Notes: generated by a model not told the origin, from the sequence alone. Positions 10,533-21,097 are shown, numbered from the stretch's first letter. The stretch: 64,000 nt of DNA from a virus (IMGVR_UViG_2721755344_000003:1-64000); one strand, 5' to 3'. Made by a program: numbers and translations.

Positions 10533-11228
10533 TTACCAGGGATATCCCGTTCCTGCATTTTCTTTTGCATATAATTCTTCAATTTCATCCTCAGTTAATG
10601 CTCTTTCCCATATCCTTACAGCATCAATACTTCCAATCCAAGCATTACAAGTTCCACGATCTCCGATATAAAGATTGTCACCAGAAGATTCAGGAGCATA
10701 GGTCCAACTATCTGCTGAGCCAGCATCAACTCCATCAATATATATCTTTCTTGCGATTCCGTCCCACTTGCAAACAATATGATGCCAATTGCCATTACTA
10801 AGGTCTGCATCTACTGCGGTATATACTGTAGTATGACCAGTTGACCTAACCCCCCATTCAATTCTTGTGGATGCTGCATAATAAGTAATATCATAACCAA
10901 AACCATTAACACTACCATAATTTCCAACAAGTGCATACCAATCAGCACCTGTGTTTGTAGTTTTCATCCAACAACTTACTGTAAGATAAGATGTAAGATG
11001 AAGAACGCTTCCACAACTAACACTATCTGATCCATCATATGTAAAACATCTACCTATCTTACCACTGGCATCATAGGTTACATCAGTAGAAACAGCATCA
11101 TAAGTTTCTAGTTCATCCTGTGCCAGTCCAGATGTTTCATTAAGTTCCCAGACACCAAGAAGTCCAGTAAGTAATGAATTAGAACTAACACTATAACTAT
11201 CTAAAACTCCTGTTAATGTTGCTCCCAT
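10533..11228 (-). CDS. LamG/concanavalin A-like lectin domain protein
   Basis: GVWELNETSG, GKIGRCFTYDG, TVSCWMK, WHHIV, IYIDG, GSIDAVRIWERALTEDEI. Confidence 0.9.
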   Translation of the reverse strand: MGATLTGVLDSYSVSSNSLLTGLLGVWELNETSGLAQDELETYDAVSTDVTYDASGKIGRCFTYDGSDSVSCGSVLHLTSYLTVSCWMKTTNTGADWYALVGNYGSVNGFGYDITYYAASTRIEWGVRSTGHTTVYTAVDADLSNGNWHHIVCKWDGIARKIYIDGVDAGSADSWTYAPESSGDNLYIGDRGTCNAWIGSIDAVRIWERALTEDEIEELYAKENAGTGYPW

Positions 11229-11234
11229 AATTCT

Positions 11235-11948
11235 TTAAATATTAATAAGCAAATTAGTGACTTCACATGCAATCTGTGGATACATCATCATATTAAGTGC
11301 AGTCCAAGTTGCATTATCCGATGTAAAATAACCGGGATTTATACCAAGACATTGTGTTTGTTTATAAGCAAATGCTATTGAATTATTTTCAGTTGATGTA
11401 GCTGTCTCTGTTGTAAATCCACTATAAGTTGTAGGTGCAGCAGAAGCAGTAAGAATACCAGCAAATGCTGCAAATGCAATATCCAAATAATATTGTGATC
11501 CACCATCGGAAGTAACTATTTCAGGTGGATCAGCATTAGTTGACGTACTACCAGCATAATCTAAGGTATAATGATCATTATTTTCACTATGCATACCTGT
11601 AAGGTCACATGTGTTAAGAGCACTTATCCTCATAGCAATATAAGTAGACATTTGCAGTTCCGGATATTCAATTGTTAAAGCAATACTCCCACCTGTCGTT
11701 GGATGACCAACTAAAATATCAATCTCAAACGATGAAGATTTATAAGAATTATGGAAATCCCAGGTTCCAGTACTTGAATATATTGTTGAATAATAAGATT
11801 CCCAATTCGCACTTGTATCAATAACAAATATCACAAGAATATGATCAGTTACAACTATAGATGAAGGCATAGTAATTTCATGATAATAGGCATTAGTTTC
11901 ATGCTTACCCGTTACTATTGAACCTTCTATAGTTGGATAATTTGCCAT
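11235..11948 (-). CDS. Putative tail fibre accessory protein (paralogue A)
   Basis: Shares ITMPSSI...D, STNADPP and NP..FT motifs with the adjacent ORF. Confidence 0.55.
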   Translation of the reverse strand: MANYPTIEGSIVTGKHETNAYYHEITMPSSIVVTDHILVIFVIDTSANWESYYSTIYSSTGTWDFHNSYKSSSFEIDILVGHPTTGGSIALTIEYPELQMSTYIAMRISALNTCDLTGMHSENNDHYTLDYAGSTSTNADPPEIVTSDGGSQYYLDIAFAAFAGILTASAAPTTYSGFTTETATSTENNSIAFAYKQTQCLGINPGYFTSDNATWTALNMMMYPQIACEVTNLLINI

Positions 11949-11952
11949 ATTT

Positions 11953-12627
11953 TTATGACATTGCTATTGTACCTCTTATATTCATTCCTATTCCCATAAC
12001 TGGTGGTATAGCTATCGTTACCGCACACCATTGTTCTGTTGTTGTTGTAAACGCTGCAGGATTATACGCTATCCCTGTATTATACGATCTGTTTGCTACT
12101 GATATAGATGCTGATAAAGTACTTACTCCTGCTTGAGTAGTAAGATTACTAAAGTTACTATCACAAGCAGATGCCACTACTGTACTATCATGACCACATA
12201 CTATAATCCATAAATAATCTGCTGTACCATATAACGGTGTATGACTTGGTGGATCAGCATTAGTACTACTTCCACTTGTCGATGAACAAACAGATAAAGG
12301 AAAACTCAGACCTGAACGATGATAATTTCTTATCTGAAAACATATATGCGATGCCATCTCATTTGTTGTTGTGACAACAACAGTCTCCGGTCCGTCAACA
12401 TAATAAAACTTATAAAATACTGCAAGAGTATCTGTACTATTATCTACAGTAACCATTGTCTGCCAGTTTGTTCCAGTAGTGACTGTTGGTGTTTCAGATG
12501 CATCAACAGAAAAACATATAATAACAAGATCTCCTGCTAATATACTTGATGGCATAGTAATGGGATGAGTAAGCGTATTTGCTGCATCCGTATTCTGACT
12601 TCGACTTATGATTGTTGGAAATGCCAT
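11953..12627 (-). CDS. Putative tail fibre accessory protein (paralogue B)
   Basis: Paralogue of 11235-11948; Thr/Ser-rich beta protein. Confidence 0.55.
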   Translation of the reverse strand: MAFPTIISRSQNTDAANTLTHPITMPSSILAGDLVIICFSVDASETPTVTTGTNWQTMVTVDNSTDTLAVFYKFYYVDGPETVVVTTTNEMASHICFQIRNYHRSGLSFPLSVCSSTSGSSTNADPPSHTPLYGTADYLWIIVCGHDSTVVASACDSNFSNLTTQAGVSTLSASISVANRSYNTGIAYNPAAFTTTTEQWCAVTIAIPPVMGIGMNIRGTIAMS

Positions 12628-12630
12628 TTT

Positions 12631-15600
12631 TTATGCTGTTACTACATATATTGATGTTGATACTGAACTAACCGATGAACTCCAACTATGACCATTAGTA
12701 TTACTAAAAAATAGATAACCTATTGATGGAGCAGATATCTGAAGATATTGACTTGCACCATTTGCTGATGTATTAACAGTAAGGTTTACACCAGACAACA
12801 TTACAGATCCAGAGGTAAATGCATTACTACTTGCAGTATTACCTAATGCTACACCACCACCGCCTGCTCCTGCATGAATAGATATTGTTGCATTGCTCTG
12901 AGAAAGTGTAATATTACTACCTCCGGCAATAACAAAACCGCCACCTGATATTGCAGAACTATTTGTAGTTCCAGTATTACCTCCTATCGAAAATGAATTA
13001 AGAATATTTGCAGGACCATAAAATGATATTGTACTTGCATTATAAGAAACTGAAAGATTCCTACTTGCTGAAAATTCAATAGTACCGGAAGTATAAGATG
13101 TGTTAGATGCCTGTATTCTTCTTATATGAGCTTCACCAGTATTAAGGAATGATGCGGAAAATTCAGATGTAGAAGTAAATCCCATAGCACCCTGTATTCC
13201 TATTGATCCTCCACCAGCACCATTTATAGTAATATTATTCATTCCAGAAAAATATACTATATCACCAGAGAATGTTCCAGAAGTAATACCTAAAGTATTG
13301 TCACCAACAAGATTATATTTACTTATTGCATTATGACTACCAGTAACAGTGTTACCATTCATTCCGAATGATATTCCATTACTATTGGAGAATACTACCG
13401 TTCCATTACTTACAGATGAACCTGCAGCAGATATTGCTACTCCCCCACCACCAGCATCAGTTCTCCAAGCAGGAACAGACATTGTAATACCACCTGTATT
13501 GATAGAAAATGCCATAGTTGAACCGGCATAGCCAGAAGATACAGATGTTCCTGTAGCATTGAATATACCAGATATGGATGTACTTACACTGTTAACAGAT
13601 GAACTCCATGATATACCACTGGCATCCTGAAAGTACACATTCCCTCTACCACCGACATCTGCTGTAATAGTACTACCATTCATTCCAAATGATACACTAT
13701 TACTATTTGAAAAAACTACTGTTCCGGTATTCTGAGAACTGCCAACAGCAGAGATAGCTGCACCACCACCTGCACCACCTATAATAGAGATAGTATTATT
13801 TGATTGACTAAGAGAAATATTATTGCCTCCTGCTAAAACAAATCCTCCACCAGTAATATTAGAAGAATTAGTTGTTCCAGTATTGCCACCTATACTGAAT
13901 GAATTGAGAATATTAGAAGGACCATATATTGTTATTGTTGATCCATTTAATACCGATACTGTAATATTTGAAGCACCTGAAATAGATAAAACTCCAGATG
14001 TACCATTAATAGAAATTACTCTTGCCGAGTTCGCTGTTGTCTGTCCAGACCAGGCAGTAGATATATCTGACCTTAACCCAAAAGTTAATGTAGACGCATT
14101 AGTCGTAGTACTCATCCCGGAACCGGTAACTAAGTTGATCTGACCAGTAGAACCATTGAAACTATTAACCACCTGATTTGATTGAGCAGCAGTAATAAGC
14201 CAGACTGGAACACTGAATGTTGCTCCTGAACTATTTAAAGAAAATTTAAGATCTGATCCACCAGTACTTGACGAAGAAGTATTTATCCCTGCAAATCTTG
14301 TAGAAGATCCTAATCCTATTGCATCAGCAATACTAAATCTCATATATTGAGACGCACCATTAACAGAAGAACTAATTGTTAAATTGGAATATGCTGACAA
14401 TAATACAGTACCACTTGAATAAGTTGTTTCACTATTTCCTAACCCTGAGATTCCTGTTTGAGCACCACCAACATTGGCACCTGATATAGTTACTGCATTA
14501 CCTACCTGAGAAAGTGTAATATTATTACCACCGGCAAGTGTCCATGTACCAGAAGATATTGCAGCCAATGTGCCACTTGTATTTCCAGACATTGTAGCCT
14601 GAATACCACCACTACCACCAAACGCAGGTACTTTCATACTGAGTCCAGAAGTGTTAAGGGTGCCTTCTATTACACTACCTCCGGTAGTGCCAGTTGTAAA
14701 CCCAGTACCAGCATATGTGGTAGCAATACTTCCTGTTAAGGTAGTAGATAAACAACTCACACTAGTTCCCCATGATATACCACTGCCATTTGAGAAGTAA
14801 AGATTACCAGATTCAGAAGTATTGATATAAGGATGTGGATGAGAAAATGATGCAGTAATTTGTGTACTATCACTCATACCAAAAGTTATACTATTACTAT
14901 TTAAGAATACTACAGAACCAGTAGAATTAGCAGTAGCACCAGATACAGCAATAATATTACCACCATCAGCACCACCAGTACCACCTCCAGCAGTAAGGTA
15001 TATACTTGTAGATATACCATCAACTGATAAATCCCAGGTGATATTACTTCCATTTGTGAAATATACACTTCCTCTTCCAACACTGGCCGTCATCACATTA
15101 TTAGTAAGTCCAAATGTTACGCTGTTAGAATTAGAAAATTCTATTGTCCCTGAATTCTGTGTATATGTTCCACTACCTTTTAATGCAAAACCTGCTCCCG
15201 CAGCACCATCAATTCTTATTTGACTTCCATTTGTTCCAGATAATGTAATATTATTACCAGCTATCCACATTATTGTAGAACCGGAAGCAGATGAATTTCC
15301 TGCAATGTTACCAGATAAACTCATCCAGTTACTTTCTGCAGCAGCACCAGGAGCAGCAACAGAAGCAGTTACGATACTACCAGCCGAAGTTCCCCATGTT
15401 ACATTATTAGCATTACTGAAATTAAGAGTCTGGAAAGTAAAACTACCAGCAGAGTTACTTGCAGCCAAATTTGACTTATAAACAAAACTTGCTCTTTCAT
15501 TAGTATTCATAGCATTTGCAGTAATATTCGAAGTATTTGAAGAATACTGCAAGTCATGTGTTATCCTTAAGGCTCCGGCATTATTTGAAAATGATACACC

Positions 15601-18600
15601 ATTTGAATTCTGGAAAGTAAGAGTCTGAAAAGTTGAAGAAACATCAGCAGAAAATGCCTGATTACTTTGAGAAGTAAGATAATTTGCATTGTATGATTGT
15701 AATGCTGAAGTTATATTACTTGCTAATCCAAAGGTTATGCCAGAAGCATTCGTAGAAGATGAAAGACTTGATGCTGTACCAAATGATATAGTTCCTGAAC
15801 TTCCATTTATTTGTACTACCCTACTTTGATTGGCAGTAGTCTGACCACTCCAAGCAGTTGAAATATTAGAAGCAAGACCGAAAGTTATTCCTGATGCATT
15901 TGCAGAAGATGAGAGACTAGATGCAGTGTTAAATGAGATACTTCCTGAAGATCCATTAATTTGATTTACAAATGAATGTGCATGTGTAGATTCACTCATT
16001 GAAGCCACTAATGAACCATTGGTAATATAATGACTTATATTATTTGAATTACCAAATATCATTGTATTTGCAGAAGTACTCACATTGGATCCACTAAAAT
16101 ACATTGGTTGTTGTGATTGTCCTGCAGCATCAGCTACACTAAATATTATTGTATTACTATTACCTGATAATGTTACATTATTTCCTCCTTGCAGATATAA
16201 TGTACTAAATGCACTACCAGTAGTTCCTGCAGTTTTTGTTCCTTCAAGTTCCCAGGATCCACCACCTCCTCCAGCTTTTATAAATATTGTACCATTATCA
16301 TTTGATATTGTAATATTATCACTGGCAGATATAGTAAGTGAACCTGAAGAACCATTTAGTTGATTAACAAATGAGTGTGCATGAGTAGATTCAACAAAAG
16401 AAGCAACAACTGAGTTCATTGTATAATAGAAATGCATATTATTACTACTGCCAAAAGCTACAGTACCAAGACTACTTGAACCATTGGATGCCGATATTGC
16501 TCCACCAACACCACCATGAATAGAGATAATATTATTACTTTGACTTAATGTAATATTACTACCACCAGCTAAAACAAATCCTCCTCCACTAATCTTAGAT
16601 GAATTTGTAGTACCAGAATTACCAGCTATATAAAATGAACTTAATATATTTTCTGGACCAACTACTGATAATATTGAAGTACCATCGCCACTTACTGTTA
16701 TATTTCTACTTCCAGATATAAAAATAGATCCTGAAGAACGTATAAAATTTTGAGCTTCTATTTGCCTTATATGAGCTTCACCAGTATTAAGAAATGATGC
16801 AGAGAATTCACTTGTTGATCTATATGCTGTGGTTAACCATGCAGGAACACTAAAAGTTGCTCCAGAACTGTTCAATGAAAATTTAAGATCTGATCCACCA
16901 GTACTTGACGAAGAAGTATTAATACCAGCAAATCTTGTAGAAGAACCTAATCCTATTGCATCAGCTACACTTAATCTTATATATTGACTTGCACCATTAA
17001 CAGAAGAATTAATAGTTATATTACTCTGTTCAGAAAATAACACTGTACCACTTGAATAAGTAGTCTGTGAATTACCTAATCCACTTATTCCTGTTTGAAC
17101 ACCACCAACATTGGCTCCTGATATTGTAACTGCATTACCTACCTGAGATAATGTTATATTATTACCACCTGCCAAAGTTAATGTACCAGATGATATTGCA
17201 GCAAGTGTACCACTAGTATTGCCAGATAAAGTAACCTGAATACCACCACCTGCTCCAGCAGTAGTTATCCATGCAGGAATACTCATAGTAATACCAGATG
17301 AATTAGCAGAAAATGCTAATGTGGATCCAGCATATCCTGATGAAACAGATGTATTTATTCCAGCAGATCTTGTACTGCTTGCAAGTGCAATGTAAAGATC
17401 ACTATGAGTATGACCTGTTTGAGCAAATGTATTTGATAATGTAGCAGTCTGAAATCCGGAAGAATAACCAATAGGCATTAATGCTGTTGATATATTAGAG
17501 GCTAATCCAAATGTAATGCCTGATGCATTCGCACTTGAGGATAAACTACTTCCAGTATTAAGTGATATACTTCCAGATGATCCATTTATTTGAATTACTC
17601 TACTTTGATTGGCTGTCGTCTGTCCACTCCAAGCAGTACTAATATCTGATCTTAAACCAAAAGTTAGTGTAGATGCATTTGTTGTAGTACTCATACCAGA
17701 ACCGGTAACTAAACTGATCTGTCCGGATGATCCATTAAAAGCTATTACCCTACTCTGGTTCGCAGTAGTCTGACCACTCCATGCAGTACTAATATCTGAT
17801 CTTAACCCAAATGTAAGTGTTGAAGCATTGGTTGTTGTACTCATTCCCGATCCAGTAACGAAACTAATCTGACCACTGGATCCGTTAAAGTCTAAAACTC
17901 TACTTTGGTTTGCCGTTGTTTGACCTGACCATGCTGTTGAAATATTAGAAGCCAATCCAAAAGTAATACCAGAAGCGTTTGCTGAAGAAGATAAACTCGA
18001 GGCAGTATTGAATGATATACTTCCGGAACTTCCGTTTATTTGATTGACGAAAGAGTGAGCATGTGTAGAATTTGTAAGGGACATGGTTAATCCGTTACTT
18101 GCAGAAGAATAAGTACCTGATATTCCATCTAAAGACAAAGAGATTGCACCATGACTATGACTTATAATAGCAAATGTATTATCCAATATAGATGTAGCAT
18201 AATCAGTACTATTTGCCAATGGTATATAATCATGAGGATGTGTAGATCCTGTTAATGATATCGTAAATCCATTGCTAGCAGTAGAAAAAGTTCCTGCAAT
18301 ACTTTCTAATGACATGGACATTGCTCCATGACTGTGTGATACCTGTGCAGCAGTTGTAAGAAAAGTAGCAGTTAATTGACTTGAATTAGAAAAAGCAGTA
18401 GCAGCAATAAACTTAATGGTATTACCACCACCAGAAAGAGTTATATTCTGATCACCGGAAAGATAAAGACTCTGAATACTTGTAAATGAAGTTGTTCCTA
18501 GAGTATTAACACCAACAAGATATGCCCTATTCGGCCATTGTGTAGATATTGAATCGGCAATACCATCAAAACTTGCTGATGCTGTCATTGTTGATCCTGT

Positions 18601-18900
18601 CAAACCAAAAGTCACATTATTACCCGTAGCAAATTCTATGGTACCACTTGTAAATACAGATGATCCTGAACCTTTTATAAATACCTGACCGGTTCCTCCA
18701 CCACCAGTGGCAGTACACATATATGGTAGATCAGTCCAACAATGACTGCCATCCCCTATTTTCCATTTATAATCACTAGTATTATCAGTCTCAATACCAA
18801 TTTCACCATTTAATAAAACAGGATTAATAGATGTCCAATTTGTAGACGCATCTCTGCGTTGTTGCATCCTAATATGATAATCTAATACACCTTCAGGCAT
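12631..18900 (-). CDS. Giant Ser/Gly/Thr/Asn-rich tail or capsid fibre with Mtd_N/HylP-type N-terminal anchor
   Basis: N-terminus RRDASTNWTSINPVLLNGEIGIETD...KIGDG..W..LPY matches the major tropism determinant N-terminal domain; many internal repeats; few charged residues. Confidence 0.85.
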   Translation of the reverse strand: MPEGVLDYHIRMQQRRDASTNWTSINPVLLNGEIGIETDNTSDYKWKIGDGSHCWTDLPYMCTATGGGGTGQVFIKGSGSSVFTSGTIEFATGNNVTFGLTGSTMTASASFDGIADSISTQWPNRAYLVGVNTLGTTSFTSIQSLYLSGDQNITLSGGGNTIKFIAATAFSNSSQLTATFLTTAAQVSHSHGAMSMSLESIAGTFSTASNGFTISLTGSTHPHDYIPLANSTDYATSILDNTFAIISHSHGAISLSLDGISGTYSSASNGLTMSLTNSTHAHSFVNQINGSSGSISFNTASSLSSSANASGITFGLASNISTAWSGQTTANQSRVLDFNGSSGQISFVTGSGMSTTTNASTLTFGLRSDISTAWSGQTTANQSRVIAFNGSSGQISLVTGSGMSTTTNASTLTFGLRSDISTAWSGQTTANQSRVIQINGSSGSISLNTGSSLSSSANASGITFGLASNISTALMPIGYSSGFQTATLSNTFAQTGHTHSDLYIALASSTRSAGINTSVSSGYAGSTLAFSANSSGITMSIPAWITTAGAGGGIQVTLSGNTSGTLAAISSGTLTLAGGNNITLSQVGNAVTISGANVGGVQTGISGLGNSQTTYSSGTVLFSEQSNITINSSVNGASQYIRLSVADAIGLGSSTRFAGINTSSSSTGGSDLKFSLNSSGATFSVPAWLTTAYRSTSEFSASFLNTGEAHIRQIEAQNFIRSSGSIFISGSRNITVSGDGTSILSVVGPENILSSFYIAGNSGTTNSSKISGGGFVLAGGSNITLSQSNNIISIHGGVGGAISASNGSSSLGTVAFGSSNNMHFYYTMNSVVASFVESTHAHSFVNQLNGSSGSLTISASDNITISNDNGTIFIKAGGGGGSWELEGTKTAGTTGSAFSTLYLQGGNNVTLSGNSNTIIFSVADAAGQSQQPMYFSGSNVSTSANTMIFGNSNNISHYITNGSLVASMSESTHAHSFVNQINGSSGSISFNTASSLSSSANASGITFGLASNISTAWSGQTTANQSRVVQINGSSGTISFGTASSLSSSTNASGITFGLASNITSALQSYNANYLTSQSNQAFSADVSSTFQTLTFQNSNGVSFSNNAGALRITHDLQYSSNTSNITANAMNTNERASFVYKSNLAASNSAGSFTFQTLNFSNANNVTWGTSAGSIVTASVAAPGAAAESNWMSLSGNIAGNSSASGSTIMWIAGNNITLSGTNGSQIRIDGAAGAGFALKGSGTYTQNSGTIEFSNSNSVTFGLTNNVMTASVGRGSVYFTNGSNITWDLSVDGISTSIYLTAGGGTGGADGGNIIAVSGATANSTGSVVFLNSNSITFGMSDSTQITASFSHPHPYINTSESGNLYFSNGSGISWGTSVSCLSTTLTGSIATTYAGTGFTTGTTGGSVIEGTLNTSGLSMKVPAFGGSGGIQATMSGNTSGTLAAISSGTWTLAGGNNITLSQVGNAVTISGANVGGAQTGISGLGNSETTYSSGTVLLSAYSNLTISSSVNGASQYMRFSIADAIGLGSSTRFAGINTSSSSTGGSDLKFSLNSSGATFSVPVWLITAAQSNQVVNSFNGSTGQINLVTGSGMSTTTNASTLTFGLRSDISTAWSGQTTANSARVISINGTSGVLSISGASNITVSVLNGSTITIYGPSNILNSFSIGGNTGTTNSSNITGGGFVLAGGNNISLSQSNNTISIIGGAGGGAAISAVGSSQNTGTVVFSNSNSVSFGMNGSTITADVGGRGNVYFQDASGISWSSSVNSVSTSISGIFNATGTSVSSGYAGSTMAFSINTGGITMSVPAWRTDAGGGGVAISAAGSSVSNGTVVFSNSNGISFGMNGNTVTGSHNAISKYNLVGDNTLGITSGTFSGDIVYFSGMNNITINGAGGGSIGIQGAMGFTSTSEFSASFLNTGEAHIRRIQASNTSYTSGTIEFSASRNLSVSYNASTISFYGPANILNSFSIGGNTGTTNSSAISGGGFVIAGGSNITLSQSNATISIHAGAGGGGVALGNTASSNAFTSGSVMLSGVNLTVNTSANGASQYLQISAPSIGYLFFSNTNGHSWSSSVSSVSTSIYVVTA

Positions 18901-18915
18901 TTTAATTTCCTTTCA

Positions 18916-19263
18916 TTAATCCCTATGACATGCATTACCACCATCTATTTTCTGAGTATTTTCATCTGTCACCGCATCACGACCATTATAATATATTGTA
19001 AGATCTGTCGGAATATAAGGTGGTGCTACTCCACCAGCACTGACTGTAATAAGTTGAGTACTGACTGTTGATGTACTTACCGTTTCCCTGGTTAATCCAC
19101 CTAATATGACATTCTTTACTGTAAACCAAAAAGCATCTTCCAGTGTATATGATGTATTATTCTTTTTAAATAATTGTTTCCCCCTGGAATAAATAACTTT
19201 AAATCCATTAGCACATAAAAGACTTTTCTTTTCCGTTTCCGAAAAATTAAGATTCATATACAA
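18916..19263 (-). CDS. Hypothetical protein with C-terminal IDGG motif (fibre-associated)
   Basis: Ends in IDGGNA, immediately upstream of the Mtd_N fibre. Confidence 0.45.
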   Translation of the reverse strand: MYMNLNFSETEKKSLLCANGFKVIYSRGKQLFKKNNTSYTLEDAFWFTVKNVILGGLTRETVSTSTVSTQLITVSAGGVAPPYIPTDLTIYYNGRDAVTDENTQKIDGGNACHRD

Positions 19264-19274
19264 TAATTATTTTA

Positions 19275-19535
19275 TCAATCCACTTTTGGCGAACTATCTG
19301 CAACAAACTTTGAAATAACCTTAAACAGAGAAAATAATGTTATGGTCCCCCAAAATACCCACTTCTTTCCTGGAAATTCAGGACAAGTAAGATTTACTGT
19401 TTCAACAACAGGGATCAACACTAATAACAGATCTGCTACCTGTTTAAGAATAACCGGAGTTTTTTTATTATAATTATTAAACTCCAAACTAAACTTGTCA
19501 TTTATTAGTTGCATTATCTTTAGGTTTAGTTGCAA
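19275..19535 (-). CDS. Putative holin
   Basis: Two TM segments; in the cassette with the endolysin. Confidence 0.5.
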   Translation of the reverse strand: MQLNLKIMQLINDKFSLEFNNYNKKTPVILKQVADLLLVLIPVVETVNLTCPEFPGKKWVFWGTITLFSLFKVISKFVADSSPKVD

Positions 19536-19707
19536 AGAAAACAGTAAATATTACAAAATAAATAAATGCAAGAACAAATCCTGCACCAAAATGTATCCTT
19601 GATGTCAAAGCGATAAGATCAGTAATAGCAACAAGAAACATCATTGCTATAACAATCCATCCATTCTTAAACAATAAGTTTACAAAATTCTTAAATAATT
19701 CTTTCAT
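19498..19707 (-). CDS. Putative holin/antiholin (two TM)
   Basis: 69 aa, two hydrophobic helices, directly downstream of the endolysin. Confidence 0.5.
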   Translation of the reverse strand: MKELFKNFVNLLFKNGWIVIAMMFLVAITDLIALTSRIHFGAGFVLAFIYFVIFTVFFATKPKDNATNK

Positions 19708-19711
19708 AATT

Positions 19712-20131
19712 TTAGGTTTTAATTATTTCAAAATGACATGCATCCCAAAATGTAGTATCATCAACATCATCATCCATATCCCAATCAGATCCAGGTCGTA
19801 TCTTATGTTTCATTATTCCTTCCGCATATAACCTATCAGCAATCCCCATCACATATCCTGCAAAATGAGCAGACTGTAATTTACCCCAATCAATATGAGT
19901 AGATTCATAAGGTGCAGCATCTATTGCTTCAGACGGAATAATATTGTGTTTTGAATATGGATATTTAACTTGTGAATTTCCTGCATCAAAAGCCTCATCC
20001 TGTTCTTTCTTTCCTCTATATCCACATACAATGGTATTATCATATTCAAGGATAACATGAGTAAAAAGTATCTGCAGGTCCTCATGACAAGAACTTAACT
20101 TGGCTTTAGATGTACTAGAATATACTGGCAT
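19712..20131 (-). CDS. Endolysin, M15-family (L-Ala-D-Glu) zinc peptidase
   Basis: GYRGKKEQ, SKHN, AID, WDACHFE zinc-peptidase motifs. Confidence 0.88.
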   Translation of the reverse strand: MPVYSSTSKAKLSSCHEDLQILFTHVILEYDNTIVCGYRGKKEQDEAFDAGNSQVKYPYSKHNIIPSEAIDAAPYESTHIDWGKLQSAHFAGYVMGIADRLYAEGIMKHKIRPGSDWDMDDDVDDTTFWDACHFEIIKT

Positions 20132-20132
20132 A

Positions 20133-20627
20133 TTATTCAGGTATTAAGTAAAAAACACCAGCAAGAACACCTATACTCAGAACCCATGAAATAACATAAA
20201 ACCATCCAAGAGCAAATTTCTCAGGCGGTTTTAACTTTCTTGCTACCCATGAATCATTTATTAACCATACAAGAAACTTATCCCATAGTGATGTGTCTCC
20301 AAGATACCACCAATAACCATAACAGAAACGGAATAAACCCCATGTTACATTAAATACCCCTATTCGTATCAGAACATCCATCAGAATGAAATAAAGCCAA
20401 CATCGTAGTGTAATGAACTCAGGAGGCAGAAATATAGCAAGGGGTATCATTGCACAGTAAGATAATATCATTAATGTCTGATATGTCTTCGATAATATCC
20501 ATTTATTCCTTTTGGCAACAGCATCACCAGCAGCATCAAAAATATTTGCTAAGTTCATTAAGAACCAATAAATAATCGGTATCCAAAATGCAAATCTCAT
20601 AATTAATTTATCTGTTTCTTTATCCAA
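20133..20627 (-). CDS. Multi-pass membrane protein
   Basis: Four or more hydrophobic, Trp-rich segments. Confidence 0.55.
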   Translation of the reverse strand: MDKETDKLIMRFAFWIPIIYWFLMNLANIFDAAGDAVAKRNKWILSKTYQTLMILSYCAMIPLAIFLPPEFITLRCWLYFILMDVLIRIGVFNVTWGLFRFCYGYWWYLGDTSLWDKFLVWLINDSWVARKLKPPEKFALGWFYVISWVLSIGVLAGVFYLIPE

Positions 20628-21028
20628 TCATTAACAATCTTTGCTCCCTGTTGTGCTATCTCCCAGGGTATAAGTTCACGTGAATGGAAAATCTCCGTAT
20701 CTATTTCCTGATATCGATTGATGAACTGAACTTCTATACCTTTCATAAATGTCTTCCGTTTCATGTAACACTTTTCTTTTTCATTATAGTAAGATCCTTC
20801 TTCTTCTTTATCACACTTAATCTCTCTCGATTCTTTGAGAATTGTCTTAACTGTATACATGAAACCTAGATTTGTCCTGTGTGCTACTGCCATACCAGGT
20901 TTAATCCAGTACTTATCTTTTGTTGTCTTTTGTTCTTCCATAAAAAAAGGGTGAAGATAAAAACCCCCACCCTGAATTATAAAACCTGGTAAGATAAATT
21001 CCAACTTATATGTAGGAAATATAAACAC
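20603..21028 (-). CDS. Hypothetical protein (true start probably MEEQK)
   Basis: ORF with SH3/KOW-like WIKPGMAVAH segment; follows a host-type promoter. Confidence 0.5.
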   Translation of the reverse strand: MFIFPTYKLEFILPGFIIQGGGFYLHPFFMEEQKTTKDKYWIKPGMAVAHRTNLGFMYTVKTILKESREIKCDKEEEGSYYNEKEKCYMKRKTFMKGIEVQFINRYQEIDTEIFHSRELIPWEIAQQGAKIVNDWIKKQIN

Positions 21029-21089
21029 ATATTTCCCTGATATTAGGTTTGACCTTCAACATATAAATGTTTGACATTTATTAGTTACA

Positions 21090-21097
21090 CAAATGTA
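21090..21097 (-). promoter_or_regulatory. Bacteroidota housekeeping-sigma -7 element TACATTTG
   Basis: Exact TAnnTTTG match in an AT-rich intergenic region, downstream of a terminator and upstream of a gene. Confidence 0.5.

Noticed and set aside
13100-18100. CRISPR array or mini-array suggested by recurring DNA repeats
   Set aside because: The repeats are in-frame protein modules of variable length and spacing with third-position divergence; there are no unique spacers.
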